A program made the translations under genes and the position numbers. Positions 24,575-38,800 of a DNA stretch of 64,000 bases are shown here, one piece after another. The DNA comes from Haliotis rufescens. Its lineage: Eukaryota. Location: positions 33,170,001 through 33,234,000 of the forward strand of contig NW_025964372.1 of the NCBI RefSeq assembly GCF_023055435.1, given 5' to 3'. Position 1 is the first letter of the stretch. Each line of letters opens with the position of its first letter. Below the pieces are notes generated by a model. It made no database searches. It was not told where the DNA came from and worked only from the letters and a program-made list of their open reading frames with translations.

Positions 24575-27500
24575 TCACTTGTTATTTTTCTCAGACGCTG
24601 GAATTCGACCTATCAAATAAAACTCGGGGTTTGGTTTCACACGCAGGAAGTGAGCTAGTCTGTTGGACATGCTCAGAAAGGATGCCAGTGCCCCAATGTC
24701 CCAGGCATCATCGTGGTTCATTCCGTTCTCGTACAGCCGCTCAAACTGCTCGTCTGCCGGTGAGTGACATGCGGCAACGGTTGTTGCAAAGTCCAGGATC
24801 GCCTTCTGTCGTATGTCCAGATCTGCCATTCTCCAGTTGGTGGACAGCTGGTAGAAAGGGGAACATTAAAAAAAAATGCTGACAGTGGTTACCATGGTAA
24901 CAACATAATAACATTCAAGAACACTAGTTAATCTCTTTTTACCCTAAGAATCGTAAACACTACTACTCTAATCTGTTTTCATTGTAGACCATGATAGGTC
25001 GAGTGAGTAGGTTGGTTGGGTTTAACGCCGCTTTTAACAGTATTCCAGTTATATTGTGGCGTGTCAGCTTTTAATGTGGGAAGAAAGCCCAAAGTGATGC
25101 AGGTCTCAGACGTTTACCACTTCGGTGAAACCCATGACCATGGGTATTGTGCTGAAAAACGAAGAAATATAATCGGGGAGAACCGGGATTCGAACCCAGT
25201 TAGGTCGGCAGAGCATGTACTGTTCTGCTAGTCATCTAACCCAATGACTCCATCTCGGTTAAACTGCTGATTGTCTATAACGTCCAGGAAAGTCTCACAC
25301 CATAGGGATATAAAGATAAGCAATGAACCAAGTCACTGAGCCAGACCACAACCAGATGTCATAAGTAAACTTTGTCTCAACCTCAGGCTCAACCTCTCAA
25401 CATGCTCACATCAAATTTTATTGTTGTGTTTAGACAAATATTGAAAACTATTTACTCCAGGGCCCCGTTACACAAAACGATTTGTAGGACTGAGATAGTT
25501 ACTCCCATAACATAGACTTACGACCCTCATAGGGCTAAGATAGTCGTAACTCCCATACTTTAACATAGACTTACGACAGTCATAGCGCTAAGATGATTGT
25601 AACTCTCATACTTTAACATAGACTAACAACAGTCTTAGTGCTAAGATGGTCGTAACTCCCATACTTTAACATTGACTTACGACAGTCAAAGCGCTAAGAT
25701 GATCGTAACTTCCATACATTAACATTGACTTACGACAGTCATAACACTAAGATGGTCGTAACTCCCATACTTTAACACAGACTTACGACGGTCTTAGCAC
25801 CTTGATCACTTTTTGGGATGGGCCCCTGGTGCCATAGTTCTCAATATTTGTTAAAAATGTACCATGTATGACCACTCTTGGCATCCCCCGCCATGATTTG
25901 GTGGAAATATTGCAAACCAACTCCCCAACAACAAAGACATTTAGCTCACCTGGTCTGCCAGAATAGGGTTGCGCGAGTGTAGCCTGTAGAGTGCACTGTG
26001 AGTAGCCACACAATACAGACACTGATTGTCCGCACTCACAACCACGGCGATCATCTCCTTGTCTGCTTTTGTCACATTACCTGGGTATAGAGAAGTCAAA
26101 CAAATACCGGTAAGTATCACTGAGGGATAACTTTAGTAATTACAACTTGTTTCATGTGAGGGTTTGTTTGGAGTTCAGCATAAGTTATAGGCATCACTGG
26201 GGTGTGCAGGGTCCCAAGGAGGCAGACTTCTTTTAGCTCACCTGGCCAGGTGATAAACTTTTTTCCTTTTTCGACTTGTCCAAAATTCAGGATAGATTTC
26301 CGCTGTCTTACCCTGGATCTTCATGGGTTTATGTTCTACTGAAAGTGGTCGATGAAAATGCAAGTATCCACACTTAAACTGGTTGATGAAGATGCTAGTA
26401 TCTGCATACAGATTTTTTCTCACAGTTTCTTTGTATTGAAGTGTAATTGTCAGTATAAACAGGTCACCAGCCAGGGATTATTGTTTCTCACAAAGAAAAC
26501 AACAGAAAGTTCCCCATGAAATAAAATAGATGGGAATCAAAATGAATGTAATGTTCGTTTGTTGTTTAACGCCGCACTCAGCAATATTCCAGCTATATGA
26601 CGGCGGACCAGATAATCCAGTGATGCAATTGGGATATGATGACATGCATCAACCAAGTCAGTGAGCCTAACGACCCGAGCCCGAGTTGCCTCTTACGACA
26701 AGCACAGTCGCCTTTTACGGCAAGCATGGGTTGCTGAAGACCTATTCTACCCCAGATCTTCACGGGTCGTTGGCATGACATACAAATGGACATTGACTAG
26801 TTCATATTTTGATCCCAACTAGAAGTTTCTTTTATTCATGATCCTACATGCTGATCTGATAATGGTTGATGAATTCAAAGATGCTGACAGGCAGCAAACA
26901 AGTTTTATTACCAGTTGAACAGATGTTTTACATTTGCACTGAAGCATTGCTGAAGAAGACAAGTTGTCACCAAGTAGTACTTTTGACTCCATACAGGTCA
27001 AGTACGACTACTTACTACTGTCTCGCATCAGCACTTCATGGTAGTTGATAAATGCTCGCAGTTCGTCAGGTCGATACGACAGAGCCCCAAAAACATTTGG
27101 TAGAAATTTGGACTGGAAAATGGCAAACAAGGAAATTATCAAAACTGAGACCACACAACCTGTTGAGTGTTGTGACCTAATTACAGTGAACACATGTGTC
27201 AGAATCAAGTGGAATTCACCAAATAAAACAAATTTTCACCCTCTGATCATCCACAATGATAAAGTGCAACCATGGTAACACATCACAATTGTATTATGAT
27301 CTATACCTTGGACCCATTCAGGAAGTCATGTCGACAGCTCCATCTCTCTTAGTCTTATCACTAGCCTGGCACAGAATTTCTCTTGCTTGTGCAATCATCA
27401 ATAAATTAAAATGTCTCTTCTGAATGCGAGTTTGACATTGATCTACATTCTAAAGATTCGGGTTAGAATTGGTCTTCAGCAACCCATGCTTGCCATAAGA

Positions 27501-29412
27501 GGCGCTTACAGGATCGGGTGGTCAGGCTTGCTTTCTTGGTTGATGCATATCATCGTATCCCAATTGTGGGATCGATGTTCATGATATATTGCTGAGTGGA
27601 GCATTAAACAACAAATAAACTAAGATCTACACTGGAAATGACTGCCTCGCCCAAGCAAGTCCGCAGTACATTTAACTGCATTAGAAGACTGTTATAAAAG
27701 TATGAACAAGTAATATGACATGAGAGGGAAGCTGTTATGCTACAAAATGTTCTAGTTGTATTTGCGACTAGTACTGGTGATATTGCCACTTGTGTTAATC
27801 ATGAAACAACAGTGTAATCTGGATGTCTATTTAAAACCCGTCTCAAAATATAGGTATATTCGTAAACGGGTCCAGGACATTTATCAGTACAGAATGGAGA
27901 TATAATAAACGAGGTTGCCCTCAGATACCCCGAGCTCTCTGGATTTTATATATATTACATATAGCCAGAATGCTGCTGACTGCAACAACAAAAATATTTA
28001 CTCACTCACCTTGTGGTTAAATAGATTGTTAGTGACGACAAGGACCTGGCTTCAATTCCCCACATGGGTACAATGTGTCGATCTCATTTCTGGTGTACCC
28101 TGCCGTGATATTGCTGGAATATTGCTAAAAACGGCATAAATCCATACTCACTCACTCACTCACTCACTCACTCACTCACTCTAACAACATGAATGGCATA
28201 TGAAACAATGAAGAGCTTAAAAATAAATTATCACAAAATGTATAGATCTCTTTAAGTAAATGTCTGTAACAGTAAACTTATGTAACGTATACATTAATTA
28301 ATATTTATTTTCTCTCATATTGATGGGGGGGGGCACAAGTGGCCCAGTCATCTGAGGCACTGCATCGTGGGTTCAAATCCTGGTTTCTAGGTTTGTAAGC
28401 ACTATACCCATGCTCATGGGTTTTACCAAAGTGGTAAACATCTGGGACCTGCATCACGTCAGGCTTTTCTCTCACATTAAACTGACATGCAGTGATATAA
28501 CTGGAATTCATTCTATTCAAAGCGGCGCTAAACCCAACTCAATCACTCATATTATCTGACCTTGCCAAACTTTTCCTTGAGGTCGTCTGGCAACTCCTGG
28601 ACATCCGGTACCGGGAATCGGCTGATGGGAGCATCATGTGACTCATCATGAGCCAGTCTCACACCTGATGTTGCAATACTTCTTCTGCTTAAATTTGTCT
28701 GAAATTAAAATATTGACATAATTCATTAATCAGTAACTGATTTGGTCAGTGCTTACATTAAAATATGGGTACTGTTGAAATGTTACAACTTCCCCATAAA
28801 CTTACTGAAACCTGCAAAATCTATCTTACATTTTCTTGGTTTGTTAAATCCTGTTTTGTTCATTGTATGATCTAGATCTAACTACTTTGTTTTATAACCT
28901 TCTGTATTTCAATTTGTTATGCACTAAACCCTAAATTAGTTACAGGGATGAAGGGTTAAAATCGCGAAAATGGTAAATTCTGAAACACAACTCTAAACAT
29001 AATAAAGAGATTAGATATTGTAAAATTAGAAAATTATCAAATCTAAGAGAAGTGAGGAAGTATGTTGTTCACGCCAGAAATGAGCTTCACATGTTGTACC
29101 CATTTGGGGACTTGAACCCAGCCTTCAGCATGACAAGCTATGCAACACCTTAACTACTAGGCTACCCAACCTCCCCTGGAACCCTAAGAAAGTATTACAG
29201 AGGGTCCAAACAATAAGATAGTGAAAGCAAACAATATCACTGAGAATAGAAACGCAGCATCACACTGTAAAGTGTACACTCTTGTCAAATGTAATTAAAA
29301 CAGAAATTGCATGTTAAGTAATAAGTACTATCTCTGTCAGTCCCTGTCATACCTGATTCTTGAAAATTATGCCTATTCTTCTCAAATACTGCAATTTGCT
29401 TCTTAAAAACAT
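24575..29412 (-). CDS. AhpD/CMD-family 'peroxidase-related enzyme' with putative mitochondrial presequence, about 232 aa, 5 coding exons
   Basis: Exons 29412-29353, 28698-28561, 27112-27016, 26080-25950 and 24847-24575 join in frame (699 nt). Protein: MFLRSKLQYLRRIGIIFKNQTNLSRRSIATSGVRL...ISRFPVPDVQELPDDL...FLPNVFGALSYRPDELRAF...KADKEMIAVVVSADNQCLYCVATH...RQKAILDFA...SNRLAHFLRVKPNPEFY. Contains the AhpD core E-x-I...NxCxYCxxxH. First-exon choice is less certain than the rest. Confidence 0.9.
25458..25829. mobile_element. PIF/Harbinger-like MITE with internal 53-bp tandem repeats
   Basis: Imperfect TIRs CAGGGCCCCGTTACACAAAACGAT / ...GGGATGGGCCCCTGG enclose about 6 units of CTTAGYGCTAAGATGGTCGTAACTCCCATACTTTAACATAGACTTACGACAGT. 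Confidence 0.75.
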
Positions 29413-29659
29413 GTTTGAGTATTAATGTATACGGCTTCTCAAAATAAGAAATGTTAGCAGATAATATTAACACTGATTTCTGCACTGGCTAGAAACATTT
29501 ATCTTTCAGCTGGTTGCATGGTTGTGCGAATGGTGTTGAGCCTGGTCCCGTCTCTAAATATCTCTTCAAAGAGACGCCGCACAGAAACCATCGGAAACCA
29601 GTTTAATAGAAGTGTTAGGGACTAGTTGTTTATTGCGATTTTGAGTTAACATTTACTTA

Positions 29660-29839
29660 CTCTAAAATTTAAAAACAAACACTACATCGGCAGGTTACAA
29701 AACAATAATAACTTAATCTTAATATGCAGACTCATAAACTATTCATTTGTCACTAAAACTACGTTTTATTAAATCTATATGAAACTATATACTCTATGCT
29801 CATTTCTGGAAATCCCCTTCTGACGTCACAGATACAATC
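29660..29839. promoter_or_regulatory. Bidirectional promoter AhpD-like / IDH3B with CRE palindrome
   Basis: Divergent ATGs at 29412(-) and 29840(+). TGACGTCA at 29821-29828. Minus-strand donor GTAAGT near 29660 suggests a non-coding first exon of the AhpD-like gene. Confidence 0.6.
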
Positions 29840-32800
29840 ATGGCGACCACGAGGTTATCCACGACTTTGAACATCGGAAAAACATTGGTCTCAAACTTGC
29901 GTTCTCTGTGCACTGTGAGTTTATCCAATAGTTGGTATGATTTATTTGTTAAGTGTCGCTTAAAGTATATCATCATGGGGTATTTTATATATCACTATGG
30001 TATTTGATGAACTTTCTGGCCGAAAAAGCAGACGGACAGTTTGACATTGACATTGTGATCACGTATTTTGACAGTTCATGGGCGTGATCAGAGAACGAGT
30101 TCCCACAGATTAAGTTGTCTTCATGTATTGAACCTTTTGGTGTTTTTACAAGAACGCTTAACCTTAGTACATGTAGTAGAAAACTAAAAATATGTATTAG
30201 CATGTTAATCTTCCGCTTATATCATGGTCAGTTAATTAATCCGAATCAATTTACAGATCACACCTGTCTAAAAATAAAAATGGTATTTAGCAAAACATTG
30301 AAACATATATTATTATTATTATTATTATTATTATCATTTGGTGATTCCGGATTAGAATTGGGCCCTAGCAACCTACATGCTGATCGTAAATAGCTGGAAA
30401 GAGGCGACTTAATGGATTGGATTTTCAGGCTTGGTGACTTGGTTGATGAAGTGTCAACCAACCAGCACGGATTGTTCCTTATAATCAAATATCTATCACT
30501 AAATTGAGCAGACTCAATTATTTACAGACCTCAGTCATATGGCTGCGGCACTCAACAACACACACTCACGTCACACATTATTATTATCATTTATTTCTGT
30601 AACCACCAGCTGGCCACCATTTATGGAGTGATATATGAAATTAATAAAATACCTGCCTTTTTCAATGAATTCATCCATTGATATCCATCCACTGGGGCAA
30701 TTTACCAAGACAAATTGAATATTGCATTGAAAAATGCAACTATATACAGGATATACCTTGCATGAATTCAGTAGCTTTAGCATTGCAAAATTGCTTTTGC
30801 AGAATGGGTTGATTTCTCTTTTGGTGAGTTAGGTCTACATGTTCCAGCAGTCTGGGAAAATCCCTATGTCATGTATATTGTAACATGAAGGGGCAGTGGG
30901 GCAGCCTAGTGGTTAAAGCATTCGCTCGTCAACCCGAAGACCTGGGTTTGATTCCCCACATGGGTACAATGTGTGAAGCCAATTTCTTGTTTCCCTGCCC
31001 TGTTATTGCTGGAATATTGCTAAAAGAGGCGTAAAACTAGACTCACTGTAATATCAAAACTTGATTATCCTGGTTCAAAAGGGATATGTAACAAATTAAG
31101 ACAACAATGAGTTATGTTACAATCAAGGCAGATTACTATATCACCATCAGCCTGTTTAGCCATCATTATGTACACAGTCGTTGTGATGTTGTTATCATGG
31201 TTATGGTGTGATCTTTTATTTTATTTTGTTCTCTGTTGTCCTGTAATGATTTGATTTTGTTGTGTTTTTTTGTTGTCGCAGCCAAGCGTGAGCAAAATTC
31301 CTGCCAGCAATGGCTTCCACACGACTCCTCACAAAACCGCGGTATGTGTTGTCACACCAGTGTCAATATGGTCATGCATGTCCCATAGCTTTGTTCTGTT
31401 GTAACCATGGTAACTAGTGGAACTGCACTGCAGGTTTTACTTGTGTCTTTACTTGTACAAACTGAGAATGAATGTAAATAATTAACATTGTGAGTCCTGG
31501 GAACACTAAAAAAGGGGGTTTGTAAGCCTTGAATTTTAAGGTCCCTCTTGAAAAGCCTTGATTTTTGTGTGTAATCCTTCAAAAGCCTTGTAAATCACCA
31601 AATTAGCTTGAAAAGCCTTGAATTTTTACATTTGCGTACTCAGAGATCGTACTCAGAGGTGTTCCAATTAGCATGAATAGATGTCAATCAAATCAGTTAC
31701 ACAGAAAATTACTTGATCTTAAACGTTCATGTTACATTCCTGAGGCAAGGAAGGAAATACTTCGGAAACACCCTGTGCAACCATGGTAACTGTAACAGAT
31801 TGAGTATCAAAATCAAAATGACGACTTTGGGCTTAGTGTATCACTTTGGCAGGAGTCGAAAAACAGAATGTTCTGATGTAACAATACCTTTGAAATATTT
31901 TTAATTGTCCATTCAACCAATCCAGAAGCTGAAATTTCCACTAACCAAGTAGTACTCCCTACTTAGCATCTTCATTCCCAGTTAAACATGCTTGAATCTT
32001 TTTACATTGTGCCCCGGTGACATCAGCTATCAGTTCATCAAATATATTTAGTTTGTATTACTTAGTGTGCACTTTCACACTTCACCTCCAAGTTATCGAC
32101 TGAATTGTTAATTTTGAATGTCTAGAATATCCCTGAGCCTGTGTCGAAGCCAGCTGGTCGCCATGTTGTGACGATGGTGCCCGGTGATGGCGTCGGCCCA
32201 GAGATGATGGGCGGCGTCATGGATGTGTTCCAAGCTGCCGGCGTTCCTGTCGACTTTGAGGAGATCTTCCTGAGGTATAGCAATAGTTGAAAACACAAGC
32301 ACAGCAGCAGCCATGTTGAAAAAACTACATGTAGCCATACTTAGTCAATTTGTTCAAAATGTCATGAAAGTTGGTAATTGTGTAGTTAGTGGTGGGGCTC
32401 AACGTATGTGTTCGCTTTCTTGCAATGTCATAAATTTTGACCTTGGTTTGACTTTTGCACTTTTACCTTGCTCTTAAATTGTCTCAAAATGCATTTCCTC
32501 AAACTGAAATCTCTTCAGACAAAGCTGGAAGTTTATGTGCTTGTTTTCACCAGTGATAACATCTGAATCTGATTGAGGTTTGAATCTGATTTTCAATGCG
32601 GGGTACCATGAGACAATGTTACCTTAAATAGGAGCGGGGTCAGCAAAATATGATACAAATCCCACCCATTATAAATACTGAGTCCCTAATATTGAAAAAC
32701 AATTCATGGCCACTGCTCAGTCATTTCTGCACTGTAATCATCTTAAATTCTCTCAAAATTCTATCTTCTTTGAAATTGCCAGACTGAGGAAGCTGAACTT

Positions 32801-35800
32801 TGGCTTCTTCTTATGATGACATCTTATTTTGTTCAAATATTTAGGATTTTACTGTTTGTTTGTGAAACAATTGGAAATACTGTATGTCATTAGAAACATT
32901 ATTCTCTTTAGAAGGTTTATGAGGCTTAGTTGAAACTTAGTGTGAAGTGAATATTACTGGTGTGTATTGGGGCACTGTAGACTGATGACTACATATCCAG
33001 GTGAGCTTCAGTGCCGTGGCAGTATTTTCTTGTTTTTCACATGAGCCTACTTTAGTGTTGAGGAAAAAAACTAATTTGTTGGATTGAAAATTTTCTTAGT
33101 TTGAACATCTGTTTTCTGGGTTTTTTTTAATCTTTCAGTACTGACAATACTCTAGATGTACTGTATTCTCCTACAACATTGTAGATTGATTAACCAAATC
33201 TGTTTTACCAGAAAACAAACTGGCATGGCCCAGATGAAAGTGCCAAACATTGCCGCTGAATGTGATTTCTTATAATCTTATATGCAGATTAATTTTTGTG
33301 TTTTCTTTCCCAGTGAAGTTCAACCGGGTCAGAGCGCCAGTTTGTCAACAGCCACTGAGTCATTTCTTAGGAATGGCGTCGGTCTGAAGGGCATTATCAC
33401 AACGCCAACCAGCTTTAAGGGAGGCGTACTGCGTACACTCAACATGAGGCTCAGGTAGAGTTATCTTTCCTTTCTGTGCATTAGTTTCCTGTGTTTCTTA
33501 GGTGTCCCCACAGACAATGGTTGTAAGACAACAACACAGGCTCCGTGTAGCAATGTCACGTTTCATAAGGCCCAAACAAATTGTACATGTTTCAGGTTTT
33601 CTCACTGACCCTCGTCCACAGCTCTTGATCCTAAACCTTTGTTCTCGTTTTTCACCTGAGTTGCTCCAAAGGGTTCTCTTTATTTTATGCCACTGTCTTC
33701 AATTGTCATTTGAACTGCAAGTTACTGGTACCATTTTTTAGAAAAAAATAAAAGTAAAATTCATAATCAGGTCTACCTGCCCTCTTTAGGTAGAATAGGT
33801 CTTCTGCAACCCCCATTCTTGCCATTACAGGGGACTATGCTTGTCATAAGAGGCGACTAACGGGATTGGGTGGTCAGGCTCGCTAACTTGGTTGATCCAT
33901 GTCATCGATCCCAATTGCATGGAATGATGCTCATGATATCAATCACTGGATTGTCTGGTCCAGACTCGATTATTTACAGACTGCTGTCATATAGCTAGAA
34001 TATTGCTGAGTGCGGCGTTAAACAACAAACAAACAAAAACAAAACATTGTCCAGCCTCATTGTGTCCTGGATTTCTTGATCTGTTATCGTGATCTACGTT
34101 GTGACAGACGAGAGTTGGATCTCTTTGCCAACGTGGTGTGGGTAAGGAGCTTGCCGGGCTTCAAGACCCGCCACAACAACCTGGACTTTGTCATCATACG
34201 TGAACAGACCGAGGGGGAATACAGCGCACTGGAGCACGAGGTGGGTGTCACAGAATCTGTCATGTTGCGGGACAGTCCTCCATACATCTTGCTTGTCTCA
34301 CCATGTTGAGCTAAGTAGGTCATTTCTCAAGTTTATTACACCATGGTGAGATAAGTAGGTCGTATCCCAAGTTGGTTTTACCATGTTGAGCTAAGTAGGT
34401 CATTTTTCAAGCTTATTACACGATGGTGAGATAAGTAGGTCATATCCCAAGTTTGTCTCACCATGTTGAGCTAAGTAGGTCATTTCTCAAGCTTATTACA
34501 CCATGGTGAGATAATTAGGTTGTATCCCAAGTTTGCCTCACAATGGTGAGCTGAGTAGGTCATTTTTCAAGCTTATTACACCATGGTGAGATAAGTAGGT
34601 CGTATCCCAAGTTTGTCTCACCATGGTGAGCTGAGTAGGTCATATCTCAAGCTTAATACACCCTGGTGAGTTAAGTAGGTCATATCCCAAGTTTGTCTCA
34701 CCATGTTGAGCTAAGTAGGTCATTTCTCAAGCTTATTACACCATGGTGGGATAATTAGGTTGTATCCCAAGTTTGTCTCACCATGGTGAGCTGAGTAGGT
34801 CATTTCTCAAGCTTATTACACCATGGTGAGATAAGTAGGTCGTATCTCCACCTTTTTCTTAGAATAATGCACTAAGTAGGTCGTATCCCAGACAAAAAAT
34901 TTAAGTTTGGCTCAAGATTACCACTACTTTGAGGCGGGTGTGTGGGAAGCCCAGTGGACAAAGCTGCTGCAACAAACTGTAAAGTTGTGTCCCTTTACTA
35001 GCAGGATCACAAGTTCAAATCCCAGGTTCTTACCATCTCTCATCTTGGTCTGTTGGCACCAATGTAGCCAACATGTACGACAGGCATCACCATTGCCTTC
35101 TTATTGTTTGCTTGTGGTAAAAGCTGTGACATGCTCTTGGTCATACAGACAATGGTTCATGAACTATGGCATCACCATTGCCTTCTTATTGTTTGCTTGT
35201 GGTAAAAGCTGTGACATGCTCTTGGTCATACAGACAATGGCTCATGAACTATGGCATCACCACTGCCTTCTTATTGTTTGCTTGTGGTAAAAGCTGTGAC
35301 ATGCTCTTGGTCATACAGACAATGGTTCATGAACTATGGCATCACCACTGCCTTCTTATTGTTTGCTTGTGGTAAAAGCTGTGACATGCTCTTGGTCATA
35401 CAGACAATGGTTCATGAACTATGGCATCACCATTGCCTTCTTATTGTTTGCTTGTGGTAAAAGCTGTGACATGCTCTTGGTCATACAGACAATGGTTCAT
35501 GAACTATGGCATCACCACTGCCTTCTTATTGTTTGCTTGTGGTAAAAGCTGTGACATGCTCTTGGTCATACAGACAATGGTTCATGAACTATGGCATCAC
35601 CACTGCCTTCTTATTGTTTGCTTGTGGTAAAAGCTGTGACATGCTCTTGGTCATACAGACAATGGTTCATGAACTATGGCATCACCACTGCCTTCTTATT
35701 GTTTGCTTGTGGTAAAAGCTGTGACATGCTCTTGGTCATACATACAATGGTTCATGAACTATGGCATCACCACTGCCTTCTTATTGTTTGCTTGTGGTAA

Positions 35801-38800
35801 AAGCTGTGACATGCTCTTGGTCATACAGACAATGGTTCATGAACTATGGCATCACCATTGCCTTCTTATTGTTTGCTTGTGGTAAAAGCTGTGACATGCT
35901 CTTGGTCATACAGACAATGGTTCATGAACTATGGCATCACCATTGCCTTCTTATTGTTTGCTTGTGGTAAAAGCTGTGACATGCTCTTGGTCATACAGAC
36001 AATGGTTCATGAACTGAACTATGGCATCACCATTGCCTTCTTATTGTTTGCTTGTGGTAAAAGCTGTGACATGCTCTTGGTCATACAGACAATGGTTCAT
36101 GAACTATGGCATCACCATTGCCTTCTTATTGTTTGCTTGTGGTAAAAGCTGTGACATGCTCTTGGTCATACAGACAGTGGTTCATGAACTATGGCATCAC
36201 CATTGCCTTCTTATTGTTTGCTTGTGGTAAAAGCTGTGACATGCTCTTGGTCATACAGACAGTGGTTCATGAACTATGGCATCACCATTGCCTTCTTATT
36301 GTTTGCTTGTGGTAAAAGCTGTGACATGCTCTTGGTCATACATACAATGGTTCATGAACTATGGCATCACCATTGCCTTCTTATTGTTTGCTTGTGGTAA
36401 AAGCTGTGACATGCTCTTGGTCATACAGACAGTGGTTCATGAACTATGGCATCACCATTGCCTTCTTATTGTTTGCTTGTGGTAAAAGCTGTGACATGCT
36501 CTTGGTCATACAGACAATGGTTCATGAACTATGGCATCACCACTGCCTTCTTATTGTTTGCTTGTGGTAAAAGCTGTGACATGCTCTTGGTCATACAGAC
36601 AGTGGTTCATGAACTATGGCATCACCATTGCCTTCTTATTGTTTGCTTGTGGTAAAAGCTGTGACATGCTCTTGGTCATACATACAATGGTTCATGAACT
36701 ATGGCATCACCATTGCCTTCTTATTGTTTGCTTGTGGTAAAAGCTGTGACATGCTCTTGGTCATACAGACAATGGCTCATGAACTATGGCATCACCACTG
36801 CCTTCTTATTGTTTGCTTGTGGTAAAAGCTGTGACATGCTCTTGGTCATACAGACAATGGTTCATGAACTATGGCATCACCACTGCCTTCTTATTGTTTG
36901 CTTGTGGTAAAAGCTGTGACATGCTCTTGGTCATACAGATAATGGTTCATGAACTATGGCATCACCATTGCCTTCTTATTGTTTGCTTGTGGTAAAAGCT
37001 GTGACATGCTCTTGGTCATACAGACAATGGTTCATGAACTATGGCATCACCATTGCCTTCTTATTGTTTGCTTGTGGTAAAAGCTGTGACATGCTCTTGG
37101 TCATACAGACAATGGCTCATGAACTATGGCATCACCACTGCCTTCTTATTGTTTGCTTGTGGTAAAAGCTGTGACATGCTCTTGGTCATACAGACAATGG
37201 CTCATGAACTATGGACACAGAGAAGATGGGTCAGGTTTGAGTAAGATGCTAATCTCCAGTTTGATTGTGTCAATCATGTGTTCAGAGTGTCGAAGGAGTG
37301 ATCGAGTGTCTCAAGATCATCACCCGGGATAACTCCATGAGAATTGCCAAGTTTGCATTTGACTATGCCCTCCGTCACAACAGAGAAAAGGTCACAGCAG
37401 TTCACAAAGCCAACATCATGTAAGTTGTGTTGTGAATCTCAAAGTTTTAAGATATGTAGAGAATCTCTACCGGGCGTCTTTTCGTTTTATCAATGCATGT
37501 TGATTAATCGATATCAAAAGACACAAGGGTTAGCATGGTTAGATTCTATTTATCATCCAAAATCTTACTTCCTATTATTTAGTTCATAAACAGTAATAAC
37601 CAGTGTCTTGAGTGTAAAAAGTACAGCTAACCAGTTTCAGTGGCAGAGGGATTGGTGATGTCATTAGATTGTGATGTCTTTAGATTGTGATGTCATTAGA
37701 TTGTGATGTCATGGTAAACAATAGCATCACAAGCATTGTAGGGATATGTCCTAGGAGATAGTATTTGATCTCACACAAATGATATCTCCTGTGGAAGCCA
37801 GTTTGGGATGATGAATAACTTTATACAGGGTCTTCTTTATTTACTCTGTATGTGCTTAGTTCATATCTTGCCTTCTGCATTGTTTTGACCTTCAAAGTTT
37901 GTACCTAGATTTTAGTTAATTGATCAATGGCTTCAAGATTTTGACTCCCCATATCAGCAGAGTCCTATTTTGTACACTTCAGGAAGCTTGGTGACGGACT
38001 GTTCCTCAAGTGTTGTGAGGAGGTTGCTGCCCTGTACCCCAAGATACAGTTTGAAACTATGATCATCGACAACTGCTGCATGCAAGTATGTGGCCAGCCA
38101 TATTACAGCTGTAATGATAGGTTACATTAGGTCCCCAGCAACCTATGCTTGTTGTAAGAGGCAAGACCAGGTGGTCAGGTGACTTGGTTCATTGCATGTG
38201 ATCGTATGGATTGATGCTCATGATGTCAATCACTGGATTGTCTGGTACAGACGGCCGTCATATAGCTGGAATATTGCTGAGTGCGGCGTTAAACAACAAA
38301 CAAAACAAAACATAATTCACTCCCTCCATGTCTGTAATGTCACCAGATGAGACTAAATTATTTACTTCATCATGATTTTTTACCTGTCATTGGGTCCAGA
38401 TTATGTCTTTCTCTACTTTTCATGGGGGCAGGAGTGGCCCAGTCATCTAAGGTGCTGCAATTCGCTGTGCAGAGTTGCATCCCTTGGACATGTCAGAAAC
38501 TTATGATCATGGGTTCAAATTTATGGTTCGCCCCAATTATGTTTGTGATTGTGATGGAACTGGAATACTGTCTAAAGTGGCGTTAAACCTAACAGACTCA
38601 CTCACACACTTTTATGACTTTGACCCAATCTCATCAAAATCAGACCTTAGTTCTCACTACCGCTAAACAAAGATCTGAACACATCCCATTAGGGGTCACG
38701 TCAGAATGGCCTTTCATCCGACCAATGAGAGTGTCGCTTACCAGATCATGAAAGTGACAGTCGGAATGTGATTTCTAATCATACAACCTCGAAAACTTTA

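Noticed and set aside
24575-29412. Bacterial contamination as the source of the AhpD-like sequence
   Set aside because: Gene has four GT-AG introns containing host SINEs/MITEs and is contiguous with IDH3B.
29499-29591. Alternative first coding exon or uORF of the AhpD-like gene
   Set aside because: 30-codon ORF ends in TAA with no donor; 5' UTR structure is unknown, so it may be intronic.
34907-37332. Series of 69-aa ORFs, or a CRISPR-like array
   Set aside because: 85-bp tandem repeat with no unique spacers, no cas genes, eukaryotic intron.
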